A stretch of DNA of 64,000 nt, taken from assembly GCA_964613215.1 (NCBI GenBank), contig CAZTHK010000001.1:99486-163485 (forward strand), read 5' to 3'. The position numbers and the translations under genes were made by a program. The notes beneath the pieces were generated by a model, which was not told the origin of the DNA, ran no database searches, and saw only the letters and a program-made list of their open reading frames with translations. This DNA comes from an uncultured bacterium (GTDB taxonomy: Bacteria; Krumholzibacteriota; Krumholzibacteriia; Krumholzibacteriales; CAZTHK01). Shown here in pieces: positions 46,700 to 55,565 of this stretch (position 1 is its first letter; each line of letters starts with the position of its first letter).

Positions 46700-48083
46700 A
46701 CTCTTCCCCCGGTTCAGGTATCAGGGTGTCCCATCCGGAGCTGGTGAGTTTCTGAGACAGCTTCTCAGACTGATCAGGTTCGCCGTGTACAATGAATATT
46801 TTCTTGATGTTTCCCTTCAGTGAGGATACATATTCCATGATTTCATCCCGGTCGGCGTGGGCGCTGAAGGCGTTGATCTTTTCCACCCGGGCTCTCAACC
46901 GGTGTTCCTCCCCGAATATCCTGACCACTTTCTCCCTCTCCACCAGTTTCCTGCCCAGGGTATTCCTGGCCATGTAACCAACTATCAGGACGGTATTATT
47001 GCTGTCCCCGATGTTGTTGCGGAGATGATGGAGTATCCTCCCCGCTTCACACATCCCGGCTGCTGAGATTATTATCATGGGTCCGGGTTCTTTATTCAGC
47101 TTTTTGGAATCTCTCACATCGGTAATATAGCTGATTCTTCTGGTTCCGAAGGGATCTCCGCCTTTACGGATGATTTCACGTATCTCCCGGTCGTAACATT
47201 CAGTATGACTCTTGAATACCTCGGTCAGGTTGACCGCGAGAGGGCTGTCTACATAGACCGGTATCTCCGGTATCTCATTGCGGTTGAACATCCGGCTGAG
47301 ATAATAAACCACCTCCTGGGTTCTCTCCAGGGCAAATGAGGGTATGATAATTTTCCCGCCCCTTTCCACTGTGGAATTAACGATCTCAGCCAGTTTCCTG
47401 GTAGTCTCTTCCGGTGGAGCATGCAGTCTTCCCCCGTAGGTGCTTTCCAGAAACATGTAGTCTATTTCCGGAGGCACTTCCGGGTCTTTCAGTATAGGCA
47501 GGTTTTTTCTTCCCAGGTCGACTATGTAAGCCAGTCTTACCGTCCCGGATCCGTTCTTCAGTTCGAAGTAGGGCAGGGAAGAGCCGAGAACATGTCCAGC
47601 GTCGTAAAGGGTAACGGAGGCATCCCGGCTGATTATTGCCTTCTGGTGATAGGGGAAGCCCGAAAAGAATTTCAGTGAATTCTCGGCATCCTTTCTGGTG
47701 TAAAGAGGCTCCCTGGGGGTCAATCCCTTTCTGGACCTTATCCTGTTCAGGAACTCTATGTTCTCCTCCTGGATATGCCCGCTGTCGGGAAGCATGGCTC
47801 TGCAGAGGTCACGGGTGGCCCGGGTGGTTATTATTCTGCCCGAAAAACCGTTGCGGGTTAGATTGGGAATATTGCCACTATGGTCGATATGGGCATGGGA
47901 TAATACGCAGGCATCCAGGCTGCCTGGATCAAACGCGAAGTGCGAGTTCCGGCGATAGAATTCCTTGCGGCGCCCCTGGAAGAGACCACAATCGATTATA
48001 AACCTGTATTGGCCGTTAGTCACCAGATGCGATGAACCGGTAACCGTTCCAACTCCCCCCAGAAATTTTATTCGGATACTCAA
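46683..48083 (-). CDS. MBL-fold beta-CASP family RNA-processing nuclease
   Basis: HxHxDH motif (SHAHIDHSG) near the N-terminus. About 466 aa with a C-terminal beta-CASP/RMMBL region. Confidence 0.85.
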   Translation of the reverse strand: MSIRIKFLGGVGTVTGSSHLVTNGQYRFIIDCGLFQGRRKEFYRRNSHFAFDPGSLDACVLSHAHIDHSGNIPNLTRNGFSGRIITTRATRDLCRAMLPDSGHIQEENIEFLNRIRSRKGLTPREPLYTRKDAENSLKFFSGFPYHQKAIISRDASVTLYDAGHVLGSSLPYFELKNGSGTVRLAYIVDLGRKNLPILKDPEVPPEIDYMFLESTYGGRLHAPPEETTRKLAEIVNSTVERGGKIIIPSFALERTQEVVYYLSRMFNRNEIPEIPVYVDSPLAVNLTEVFKSHTECYDREIREIIRKGGDPFGTRRISYITDVRDSKKLNKEPGPMIIISAAGMCEAGRILHHLRNNIGDSNNTVLIVGYMARNTLGRKLVEREKVVRIFGEEHRLRARVEKINAFSAHADRDEIMEYVSSLKGNIKKIFIVHGEPDQSEKLSQKLTSSGWDTLIPEPGEEYEIKQ

Positions 48084-48811
48084 TACTTCTCCTTTCGGTG
48101 GCTGTCTTTAGCACTGAGTCGTTATTTCGCCTGCCGGATAGCAGGTCAGCCCGGAAATTATTTTTGCCATAACAGATGTTCCGCCGGTAGAGCAACGGCT
48201 TGTACTTTATGCCGGACGGGCTGCCGGGAAAATACGTCTGCTCCGATCAGCATATCCGGCGCTCTCTCAGTTCACCGGAGGATTGGAGTATTATACATGT
48301 AAGATATAGAGGTGTAAACCTTGGGGAAAATTTCAGTGAGGAGATTTTGAGGAAAAGTTCAGACGAACAGACGGCATTACGTTTTTTCAACCACACCAGT
48401 ATTATATCAGACATTCAGTTTCGACTCCGATTCCGGGTTTTGAGATGACAGGGTCGGTGGTGCAGTGATATGTTTTCTGATAACCTGAATGGCAGAGTTA
48501 CAGGCGCTTGCACGGGGATGAATGGTGTACACCTGAGGGCGTATGGAGCAGCTGGTAATTCTGCGATCAGTGCCAGAGGCCTGGCCATGAATTTATACCG
48601 CGATTTCAGGTCCCTTCCGGAGGTTTATTGTTTGCCCTGGAGAGCATAAGGGGAACCAACCGGGAGCTGGATATTCATTTCCGGGCTGGTGGCAGATTTT
48701 CATATGAGGAGAACAAATGAGTAGAATAACAACAGTCATTTTGATGATAATTTTCTGCTGATAGGGTGCGAAGGTCGAGGAGATAGCAGTAAAGTCACCG
48801 GGTGACCACAA

Positions 48812-49294
48812 ATGGATATATTTCGCGTAGAATCGGAGGAGCAGATTGACCGGATAAGGGAGCTTTTCCGAGAGTATGAGTCTTTCCTGGATGAGGATCT
48901 GGGATTTCAACAGTTCGGGGCGGAGCTGGAAAATCTTCCCGGCGAGTATGGCCCGCCGGATGGGATTCTGCTTCTGGCCATGGAGGAAGACATCAGCATA
49001 GGATGCGGAGCCTTGAGAAGGTTTGGCCCCGCCCGGGATCGTACCTGCGAGATGAAACGGCTCTATGTGCGGCCTGAAGCCAGGGGTAAGGGTGTGGGGA
49101 AAAGAATCGCAGAAGCTCTTATAGAGGAAGCTATCCGGATGGGTTATTCCACCATGGTTCTGGATACTCTCGAGAGGCTGATCCCTGCCATATCCCTGTA
49201 CAGATCTCTGGGCTTTGTTCGCACCGGAGCATACTATCACAATCCCCTTCAGGAGGTACTTTACTGGAAACTGGATCTGGAGTGCTGGCAGTGA
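48812..49294 (+). CDS. GNAT-family N-acetyltransferase
   Basis: Acetyl-CoA-binding motif RGKGVGKRIAEALIEEA. Confidence 0.85.
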   Translation: MDIFRVESEEQIDRIRELFREYESFLDEDLGFQQFGAELENLPGEYGPPDGILLLAMEEDISIGCGALRRFGPARDRTCEMKRLYVRPEARGKGVGKRIAEALIEEAIRMGYSTMVLDTLERLIPAISLYRSLGFVRTGAYYHNPLQEVLYWKLDLECWQ

Positions 49295-49650
49295 CAGCCA
49301 GAAGATGGTAAGATGAACATGGCAATTATTGCTGATAAGCCGGAATGCGGAGTTGCACCTGCTTTTACATGGATAAATCGGATCTACCCGGAGGATGTCG
49401 GGTAATGCTGGCATTGTAAAGATAATTGCCCGGGTTTTCCAGCGGGTGTACAATAACCGGGAAGGTGGAGTTTCGGGCACCGGCCCATGGATAAAGGGAA
49501 CCGGCATGAAAAGCATCCAGCCGGGCTCTTGATTCTGTAACCGGTGCCACAACGCTGGCAAGAAGTATCTGGAAGCGGCTTGAAGGAGGTTAGATATGCA
49601 GGGGCCGTTTCAGGTAAATTCGAGGTTTTTACTGTACCAGGGAGGAAACC

Positions 49651-50118
49651 ATGTTAATCAGTATAAGAAACTCTCTATGGTTGACTGCATTTATTGTAGC
49701 GATTTCGATTCTGGTGATACCCCGGCAAGGTTATAATCACTGTCAGATCCCCTGTGGAATCTATGATGACCATGCCAGAGTTCAGTCGATGCTGGAGGAT
49801 GCCGAAACGGTTACCAAATCAATAAAGATGATGAACCAGCTGGCCGGAAAGAGCGATCCGCAATCCCAGAATCAGATGATCCGCTGGGTGATGAACAAGG
49901 AGGAGCATGCCCAGAAGGTCATCTCCACCATCTGCGACTATTTTCTCACTCAGAGGGTAAAGCCGGACCAGGATGATTATTCCGAACGCCTGATAAAACA
50001 TCACGCCGTGATTGTTGCGGCCATGAAAGCCAAGCAGCATGCAGGGGAGGAATACGCCGAAAGCCTGAGGAAAAGTATAGAGGCGCTGCACCCATATTAT
50101 CCCGAACATGAGCATTAG
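49651..50118 (+). CDS. sodN: Nickel superoxide dismutase precursor (Ni-hook HCQIPCGIYDD) with 29-aa hydrophobic N-terminal leader
   Basis: Canonical Ni-hook His-Cys-x-x-Pro-Cys-Gly-x-Tyr, preceded by MLISIRNSLWLTAFIVAISILVIPRQGYN. Confidence 0.85.
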   Translation: MLISIRNSLWLTAFIVAISILVIPRQGYNHCQIPCGIYDDHARVQSMLEDAETVTKSIKMMNQLAGKSDPQSQNQMIRWVMNKEEHAQKVISTICDYFLTQRVKPDQDDYSERLIKHHAVIVAAMKAKQHAGEEYAESLRKSIEALHPYYPEHEH

Positions 50119-50231
50119 GAGGTGTTTCTGCCGTGGGTATGATTCCAGGAGCTGGTCAGGCAGAATAAGACAATAGTTATGGACTGCGGCTGGCAATCAG
50201 AAGTGAAGCGGGCCGGGTATCGGAGATATTA

Positions 50232-50643
50232 ATGGAATCCTTTGCCCGGGATCAGCCCGGCTACACCCCGGCCGCCTTTGCTGCCACCGCTATATCTCCG
50301 GAGGAAGTAAAGATCAGGATGGAGCAGGGGCCGGTCCGGGTTATCCTCTTTTATTATATTTTTAGCACTGTTTATCCTGCAGGCCTACGGGCAGGGTATA
50401 GAGTGGAGTAAGCTGCTTTACCATGCCCCCTGGATTTTGATATTTGCATTTGCCAATGCATTCATGGAGGAATTTCATTTCCGGGGACTGCTGCTTAAAT
50501 CCTCCGGGGATATACTGGGCAATGGGAGGGCCAACATTTGTATCGCTCTGATCTTCGCCATGGTCCATGCTCCGGTGACATACACCTCCAATATTGTATT
50601 CTTCCTGCTGATTCTATTGGGACTGGCACTATTGTGGGGCTGA
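50232..50643 (+). pseudogene. CPBP (CAAX protease/Abi) family intramembrane metalloprotease, apparently split by a frameshift near 50330-50370
   Basis: Frame 0 gives a 59-aa ORF (MESFARDQPG…, 50232-50411). The +1 frame is open from 50311 to 50643 and encodes TM helices with the CPBP EExxxR motif (AFMEEFHFRG) and FAMVH, but has no ATG, GTG or TTG before the TTG at 50437. Confidence 0.4.
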
Positions 50644-51494
50644 CTGATCCGGAGAACCGGAGCCCTGTGGGACCATGATATGATTTTTGAGTGGCGGAAG
50701 TAGTGTCATTTGTGTTACAACTTATTTTTAATTTGCTTATTTAACAAAGGGTTGCGGTTAGGAGGACATGTAAGAGTTTGCAGATATAGTCTGATGATCA
50801 TTTAACCGTAAATTGCTAAAGCAGTGTAAGTACCCGGCCGACATCTATAGAGCTGCACAACAGAGAAACAGGCGGGATTAAGAGAGCCAGCTCTGGAGCT
50901 GCAAGCATAAGCTTTTAGCCCATCTCGCCGGGCGGCTCCTTTCCCGCCTATAGTACTTTGATGGCGGGGGAGATCCCCGGAATTGCGGCAAAGTGATTTG
51001 CTCTTTCATGAACAATAACCATTCATATACCGGCTTGCTGCCTCCTTTTCCGGCTTTACTGATTGAGAGCTTTTCCGGAGCGGGTTATAGCTGCAGAAAA
51101 GTAATCTCTCCATCATGGATAATATGGGAGCGGGGTGGAGGATTTTCCCAGACTCTGGTGGTTCCATACCGCTTGACGGGTTGTAGTATCAATTCCGTAT
51201 ATCATCCCGATGCGCAGAGGAATCCCCCCTGGCCGGCGTGATCATAATGATACTGTATGCTGTTTCTTCCTCTGAAGGCTATCTTTATTAAGCGGGTTGG
51301 AACTCAGGGATTTCGCTTCCCCGGCATGCAATTTTCTCTATTCAACAAAGTAAAACAAAGTCAGTAAATTGTAACTTTAGCAGGTTTACACGACAGGGCT
51401 GTTTGCTATCTAATAAAGGGGGTGATCGATGCTGGAATATTGAAGGATTTTGAGAAAACCTTGTTCAGTGTAAATATTGCAGGAGGTAATAATT

Positions 51495-53006
51495 ATGAAA
51501 ACAAAGATCTGGAAGGGAATAATGTTTGTAGTGGGATTTGCTGCACTCACAGCGGTATTATATTCTCCCCCGGCGGCTGCTCAGGCCGTAATGACCGACC
51601 GGGCAATATCCGATGCCATAGACGATGAGTTATCATTCGATCAGGCGGTCGATGCCAACGATGTAAATATTTCAGTGAGTGACGGGATAGTTACCCTTTC
51701 CGGGAAAGTGGAGAATATTATTGAGAAGGAGAGGGCGGAAAAGATAGCGGAAATGGTCAGGGGAGTCCGTTCGGTGGTAAACGATATCGAGGTGGAGCCC
51801 TTCTGGGGAAGGACGGATTCGGAGATAGAGATGGATGTGGAGGAGGCTCTTCTCTATGATCCGGTCACCGAATCATGGGAAGTGGAGGCTGATGTCGATA
51901 ATAATCTGGCAACCATTACCGGAGAGGTGGATTCGTGGCAGGAGAAGAAGCTGGCCGGGAAGGTGGTGAAGGGAGTAAGAGGGGTGGTAGATGTCAGAAA
52001 TAAGTTGAAAGTTGATTTCGACGAAGAGCGCACCGACGAAGAGATCAGGACTGAGATAGAGGAAAGCTTCCGTTGGGATGTTAAACTGGACGATGGACTG
52101 ATAGAGGTGGAGGTAAGGGACCGGAAGGTTAAGCTGGATGGAGTGGTGGGAAGCGCTGCGGAAAAGGCGGAGGCGGAGCTGAAGTCCTGGGTCAGGGGCG
52201 TAGAATCGGTGGACATATCCGGTCTGGAAGTTAAGGAATGGGCCAGGGATGATGATATGAGAAGAGATAAGTATGTGGTAAAACCGGATGAAAAGATCGA
52301 AGCGGCCATCGATGATGCTCTTCTGTATGACCCCCGGGTGTATTCAGTGGATGTAAAGGTGGATGTAACCGCTGCTCAGGCTACCCTCAGAGGAAAGGTG
52401 GATAACCTCAGAGCGAAGAGAGCAGCTGCGGAGGATGCCAGGAATACGGTGGGAGTTCTGACTGTGGATAACAATATCAAGGTGAGGCCAGCAGAAAAGC
52501 TCTCAGATGAAAAGATAGAATCCAACATAAAGTCTGCTCTGGAGCGCGATCCCTTTCTGGAACGCTATGAGATAATTGTAGACGTTGTAAATAGAACCGT
52601 TTATCTTAGCGGTACGGTGGATTCATATTTCGAAAAATCCAAAGCGGATGAGATAGCCATGGAGGCCAGGGGAGTCGAATCGGTCAGGAATAACCTCAGT
52701 GTGGAACAGGCCCGGAGGCCCCTCGGCTATGATCCCTACCTCAATGATTATTACATTTACGACTATGACTGGTATGACTATGAGCCGAAGAAGAGCTTCA
52801 AGAAGGATTCTGCCATAAAGGAGGAGATCAAGGATGAGTTCTTCTGGAGTCCCTATGTGGACGGTAGTGATATAAAGGTAAAGGTAAATAACGGAGTGGC
52901 CGTGCTGGAAGGTACAGTGGATACACTGGCTGAGTACAATGCAGCCACTGAAAACGCCTACGAAGGTGGAGCAGTATGGGTGGATAACAATCTGAAGATC
53001 AAATGA
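51495..53006 (+). CDS. Secreted protein with six tandem BON domains (OsmY-like)
   Basis: Signal peptide MKTKIWKGIMFVVGFAALTAVLYSPPAAAQA. About six repeats of …D…V…G.VTL.G.V…E…A…A….GV.SV.N.L.V. RBS AGGAGG before the ATG at 51495. Confidence 0.85.
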   Translation: MKTKIWKGIMFVVGFAALTAVLYSPPAAAQAVMTDRAISDAIDDELSFDQAVDANDVNISVSDGIVTLSGKVENIIEKERAEKIAEMVRGVRSVVNDIEVEPFWGRTDSEIEMDVEEALLYDPVTESWEVEADVDNNLATITGEVDSWQEKKLAGKVVKGVRGVVDVRNKLKVDFDEERTDEEIRTEIEESFRWDVKLDDGLIEVEVRDRKVKLDGVVGSAAEKAEAELKSWVRGVESVDISGLEVKEWARDDDMRRDKYVVKPDEKIEAAIDDALLYDPRVYSVDVKVDVTAAQATLRGKVDNLRAKRAAAEDARNTVGVLTVDNNIKVRPAEKLSDEKIESNIKSALERDPFLERYEIIVDVVNRTVYLSGTVDSYFEKSKADEIAMEARGVESVRNNLSVEQARRPLGYDPYLNDYYIYDYDWYDYEPKKSFKKDSAIKEEIKDEFFWSPYVDGSDIKVKVNNGVAVLEGTVDTLAEYNAATENAYEGGAVWVDNNLKIK

Positions 53007-53158
53007 CCCTGCGGCAGGGGTTCTCTTCTCTTACTGGTCTGTATATGGAGAACCCCGGCTCCTGCCGGGTAAGGGGCAATGCTTCCCCTTAGTGGATACT
53101 TGCCGGGAGCTGTATAATAAATCAGGGACGCAGGGCAAACCGAAAGAGAGGTTAAGTA

Positions 53159-53743
53159 ATGGCAGCAGGAAGAGCATTGATAGTGGTGGATGTTCAGAAG
53201 GATTTCTGTCCCGGTGGTGCACTGGAAGTTCCTCAGGGAGACCAGGTGATACCCGGGATCAACCGGGCCCGGGAGTGTGCTGAAAGGGAGAACCGGCCGG
53301 TCATGTTCTCCCGGGACTGGCATCCCCGAAAAACCGTGCACTTTCAGGATAAGGGGGGGCAGTGGCCGCCCCACTGCATCCAGAATACTCCCGGCGCCGA
53401 GTTCTGCCCCGGGCTGAATGTCCCGGAGGACTACCCTGTCTTCTCCAAGGGTATGGATCCTCAGTACGACGGCTACTCCGCATTCGACGGAGTGGATGAA
53501 CAGGGTAGGCAGTTAGATGAATTCCTGAGGCGGAAAGATATTGAGGAACTCTATGTTGCCGGGCTGGCCACCGATTATTGTGTCAAGGCTACCTGTCTGG
53601 ATGCGTTGGATAAGGGATACCGGGTTTATGTTCTGGAGGATGCCATCAGGGGGGTGGATCCGGATGATTCCAGGGAAGCGGTTGAAAAGATGAAAAAACA
53701 GGGTGCCCGGTTCATCCAGGTGTCCGGATTCTGCAGGGAGTAG
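53159..53743 (+). CDS. pncA: Nicotinamidase/pyrazinamidase (isochorismatase family)
   Basis: ALIVVDVQKDFCPGGAL… and the catalytic Cys context …YVAGLATDYCVKATCLDA…. Confidence 0.85.
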   Translation: MAAGRALIVVDVQKDFCPGGALEVPQGDQVIPGINRARECAERENRPVMFSRDWHPRKTVHFQDKGGQWPPHCIQNTPGAEFCPGLNVPEDYPVFSKGMDPQYDGYSAFDGVDEQGRQLDEFLRRKDIEELYVAGLATDYCVKATCLDALDKGYRVYVLEDAIRGVDPDDSREAVEKMKKQGARFIQVSGFCRE

Positions 53744-53821
53744 TGTTATCAATATGAATTATCATGGTATCACAGGGGTTTTATCATGTGCCGGTAAGAG
53801 GAAGAGGGGCGTGTAGATGTA

Positions 53822-55558
53822 ATGGCCGTTATGAACAAGGATATTGCTGGAATTTTCAATATGGTGGCTGACCTGCTGGACATAAAGGGGGAGAATCCCT
53901 TCCGGGTACGGGCATACCGCCGGGCTGCCCAGACGGTATCCAGCCTGTCCCGGCGGGTAAGTGAAATGTTGGATCAGGGGGAAGACCTCTCTGATCTTCC
54001 CGGAATCGGGGATGATCTGGCAGGAAAGATGGAAACCATCATAAGGAGGGGATCTCTCCCCCAGCTGGAGAAGCTGAAGAAGGAAGTGCCCCCCGTTCTC
54101 AGTGAGATGATGAACCTCTCCAATCTGGGCCCCAAAAGGGTAAAAACCATTTATCAGCAGCTGGATATTACCAGTTTTCAGGGACTCAAGAAGGCAGCGG
54201 AGGATGGACGGATCCGGGAGCTGAAGGGTTTCGGGGAGAAGATCGAGAAGAACGTTCTGGATTCGTTGAAACGGTGGGAGGAACGCGGGGGTGAGCAGAA
54301 GAGAATTCTGCTGTCCGAAGCGGAACAGATTGCAGCTCCCCTGCTGGAATATATAAGTAAGCAGAAGAAGGTGAAGAAGGCCGAGATAGCCGGAAGCTAC
54401 AGAAGGAGAAAGGAGACGGTGGGAGACCTGGATATACTGGTTACCTGCAAGCGGGGATGTAATGTGATGGACAGGTTTGTCTCCTACGAGGATGTGGATG
54501 AGGTTATTGCCAGGGGCAAGACCAAATCAACGGTTCTGCTCCGGACCGGTTTTCAGGTTGATCTAAGAGTGATGCCGGCGGTGGGCTATGGAGCCGCCAT
54601 GGTTTATTTTACCGGCTCCAAGGCTCATAATATCAGGTTGCGGAAGATGGGGGTCAAGAGGAATCTCAAGATCAACGAGTATGGTGTGTTCAAGGAGGAT
54701 GACCGGGTAGCCGGAAGAACTGAAAAGGAGGTATACCAGCAGCTGGACCTCCCCTATATAGAACCTGAAATCAGGGAAGACCGGGGAGAGATCAAGGCAG
54801 CCCGTAATGATTCTCTCCCCCGGCTTATCACCATGGATGATATAAAGGGAGACCTTCAGAGTCACAGCACCGCCACCGACGGGAAGGCAACTCTGGAGGA
54901 GATGGCAGAGGGAGCCAGGGAGAAAGGATATGAGTATCTGGCAAATACCGAGCATACCAAGCGGGTTCATGTTGCCGGAGGACTGGATGACCGGGCAATG
55001 GAGGAACATATCCGGGAGATCGAGAAATTAAACAAGAAATTCGACGGGTTCAGGATACTCAAAGCTGCTGAAGTGGATATTCTCAAGGATGGTTCACTGG
55101 ATCTGTCTGATGATGTGCTCGAGCAGCTGGACCTGGTGCTGTGTTCGATTCACTATCATACCAGGCTGTCCCGCAAGAAGCAGACCCGCCGTATTCTCAA
55201 GGCCATGGAGAATCCCTGCTTCAATATTCTGGCCCATCCCACCGGCCGTCTGATCAACCAGAGGGAACCCTATGATATAGATATGGATGAAATAATGAAG
55301 GGAGCCAGGGAGAGGGGCTGCTTCCTGGAGATTAATGCCCAACCGGACCGGCTGGATCTTACCGAAAGGCATGCCCGGCAGGCCAGCGAGATGGGGATAC
55401 TGCTGTCTATCGGAACGGATGCTCACTCGGTACAGGGCCTGGATTTCATGAAGTATGGAGTATATCAGGCAAGGCGGGCCTGGCTCAAACCGGACCATCT
55501 GCTCAATACCCGTTCCTGGAAGGAATTGAAGAAGCTGTTGAAGGAGGCCAGATCCTGA
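53822..55558 (+). CDS. polX: Family X DNA polymerase with C-terminal PHP (3'-5' exonuclease/phosphoesterase) domain
   Basis: PolX N-terminus …IAGIFNMVADLLDIKGENPFRVRAYRRAA…, helix-hairpin-helix motifs and a PHP domain. Confidence 0.9.
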   Translation: MAVMNKDIAGIFNMVADLLDIKGENPFRVRAYRRAAQTVSSLSRRVSEMLDQGEDLSDLPGIGDDLAGKMETIIRRGSLPQLEKLKKEVPPVLSEMMNLSNLGPKRVKTIYQQLDITSFQGLKKAAEDGRIRELKGFGEKIEKNVLDSLKRWEERGGEQKRILLSEAEQIAAPLLEYISKQKKVKKAEIAGSYRRRKETVGDLDILVTCKRGCNVMDRFVSYEDVDEVIARGKTKSTVLLRTGFQVDLRVMPAVGYGAAMVYFTGSKAHNIRLRKMGVKRNLKINEYGVFKEDDRVAGRTEKEVYQQLDLPYIEPEIREDRGEIKAARNDSLPRLITMDDIKGDLQSHSTATDGKATLEEMAEGAREKGYEYLANTEHTKRVHVAGGLDDRAMEEHIREIEKLNKKFDGFRILKAAEVDILKDGSLDLSDDVLEQLDLVLCSIHYHTRLSRKKQTRRILKAMENPCFNILAHPTGRLINQREPYDIDMDEIMKGARERGCFLEINAQPDRLDLTERHARQASEMGILLSIGTDAHSVQGLDFMKYGVYQARRAWLKPDHLLNTRSWKELKKLLKEARS

Positions 55559-55565
55559 GGGTGGA

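Noticed and set aside
48600-48680. Possible SRP (4.5S) RNA domain IV (…AGGTCCCTTCCGGAGG…)
   Set aside because: The GGAA tetraloop and symmetric-loop context of the conserved SRP motif is not reproduced, and complementary strands do not pair convincingly.
48593-49561. 322-aa minus-strand ORF spanning the GNAT gene region
   Set aside because: It is antisense to a clear GNAT acetyltransferase with a good motif. It has no recognisable domain and its composition is unusual. The long frame is likely fortuitous.
50760-50960. Possible RNase P RNA or tmRNA (ACAGAGAAACAGGCGG resembles the RNase P ACAGARARCAAACCGCC stretch; TTGACGGG resembles the tmRNA 5' end)
   Set aside because: The other universally conserved blocks (GGAAAGTCCGG…, P4 pairing, tmRNA 3' tRNA-like end and tag ORF) could not be found on either strand. 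The similarity is too short to call.
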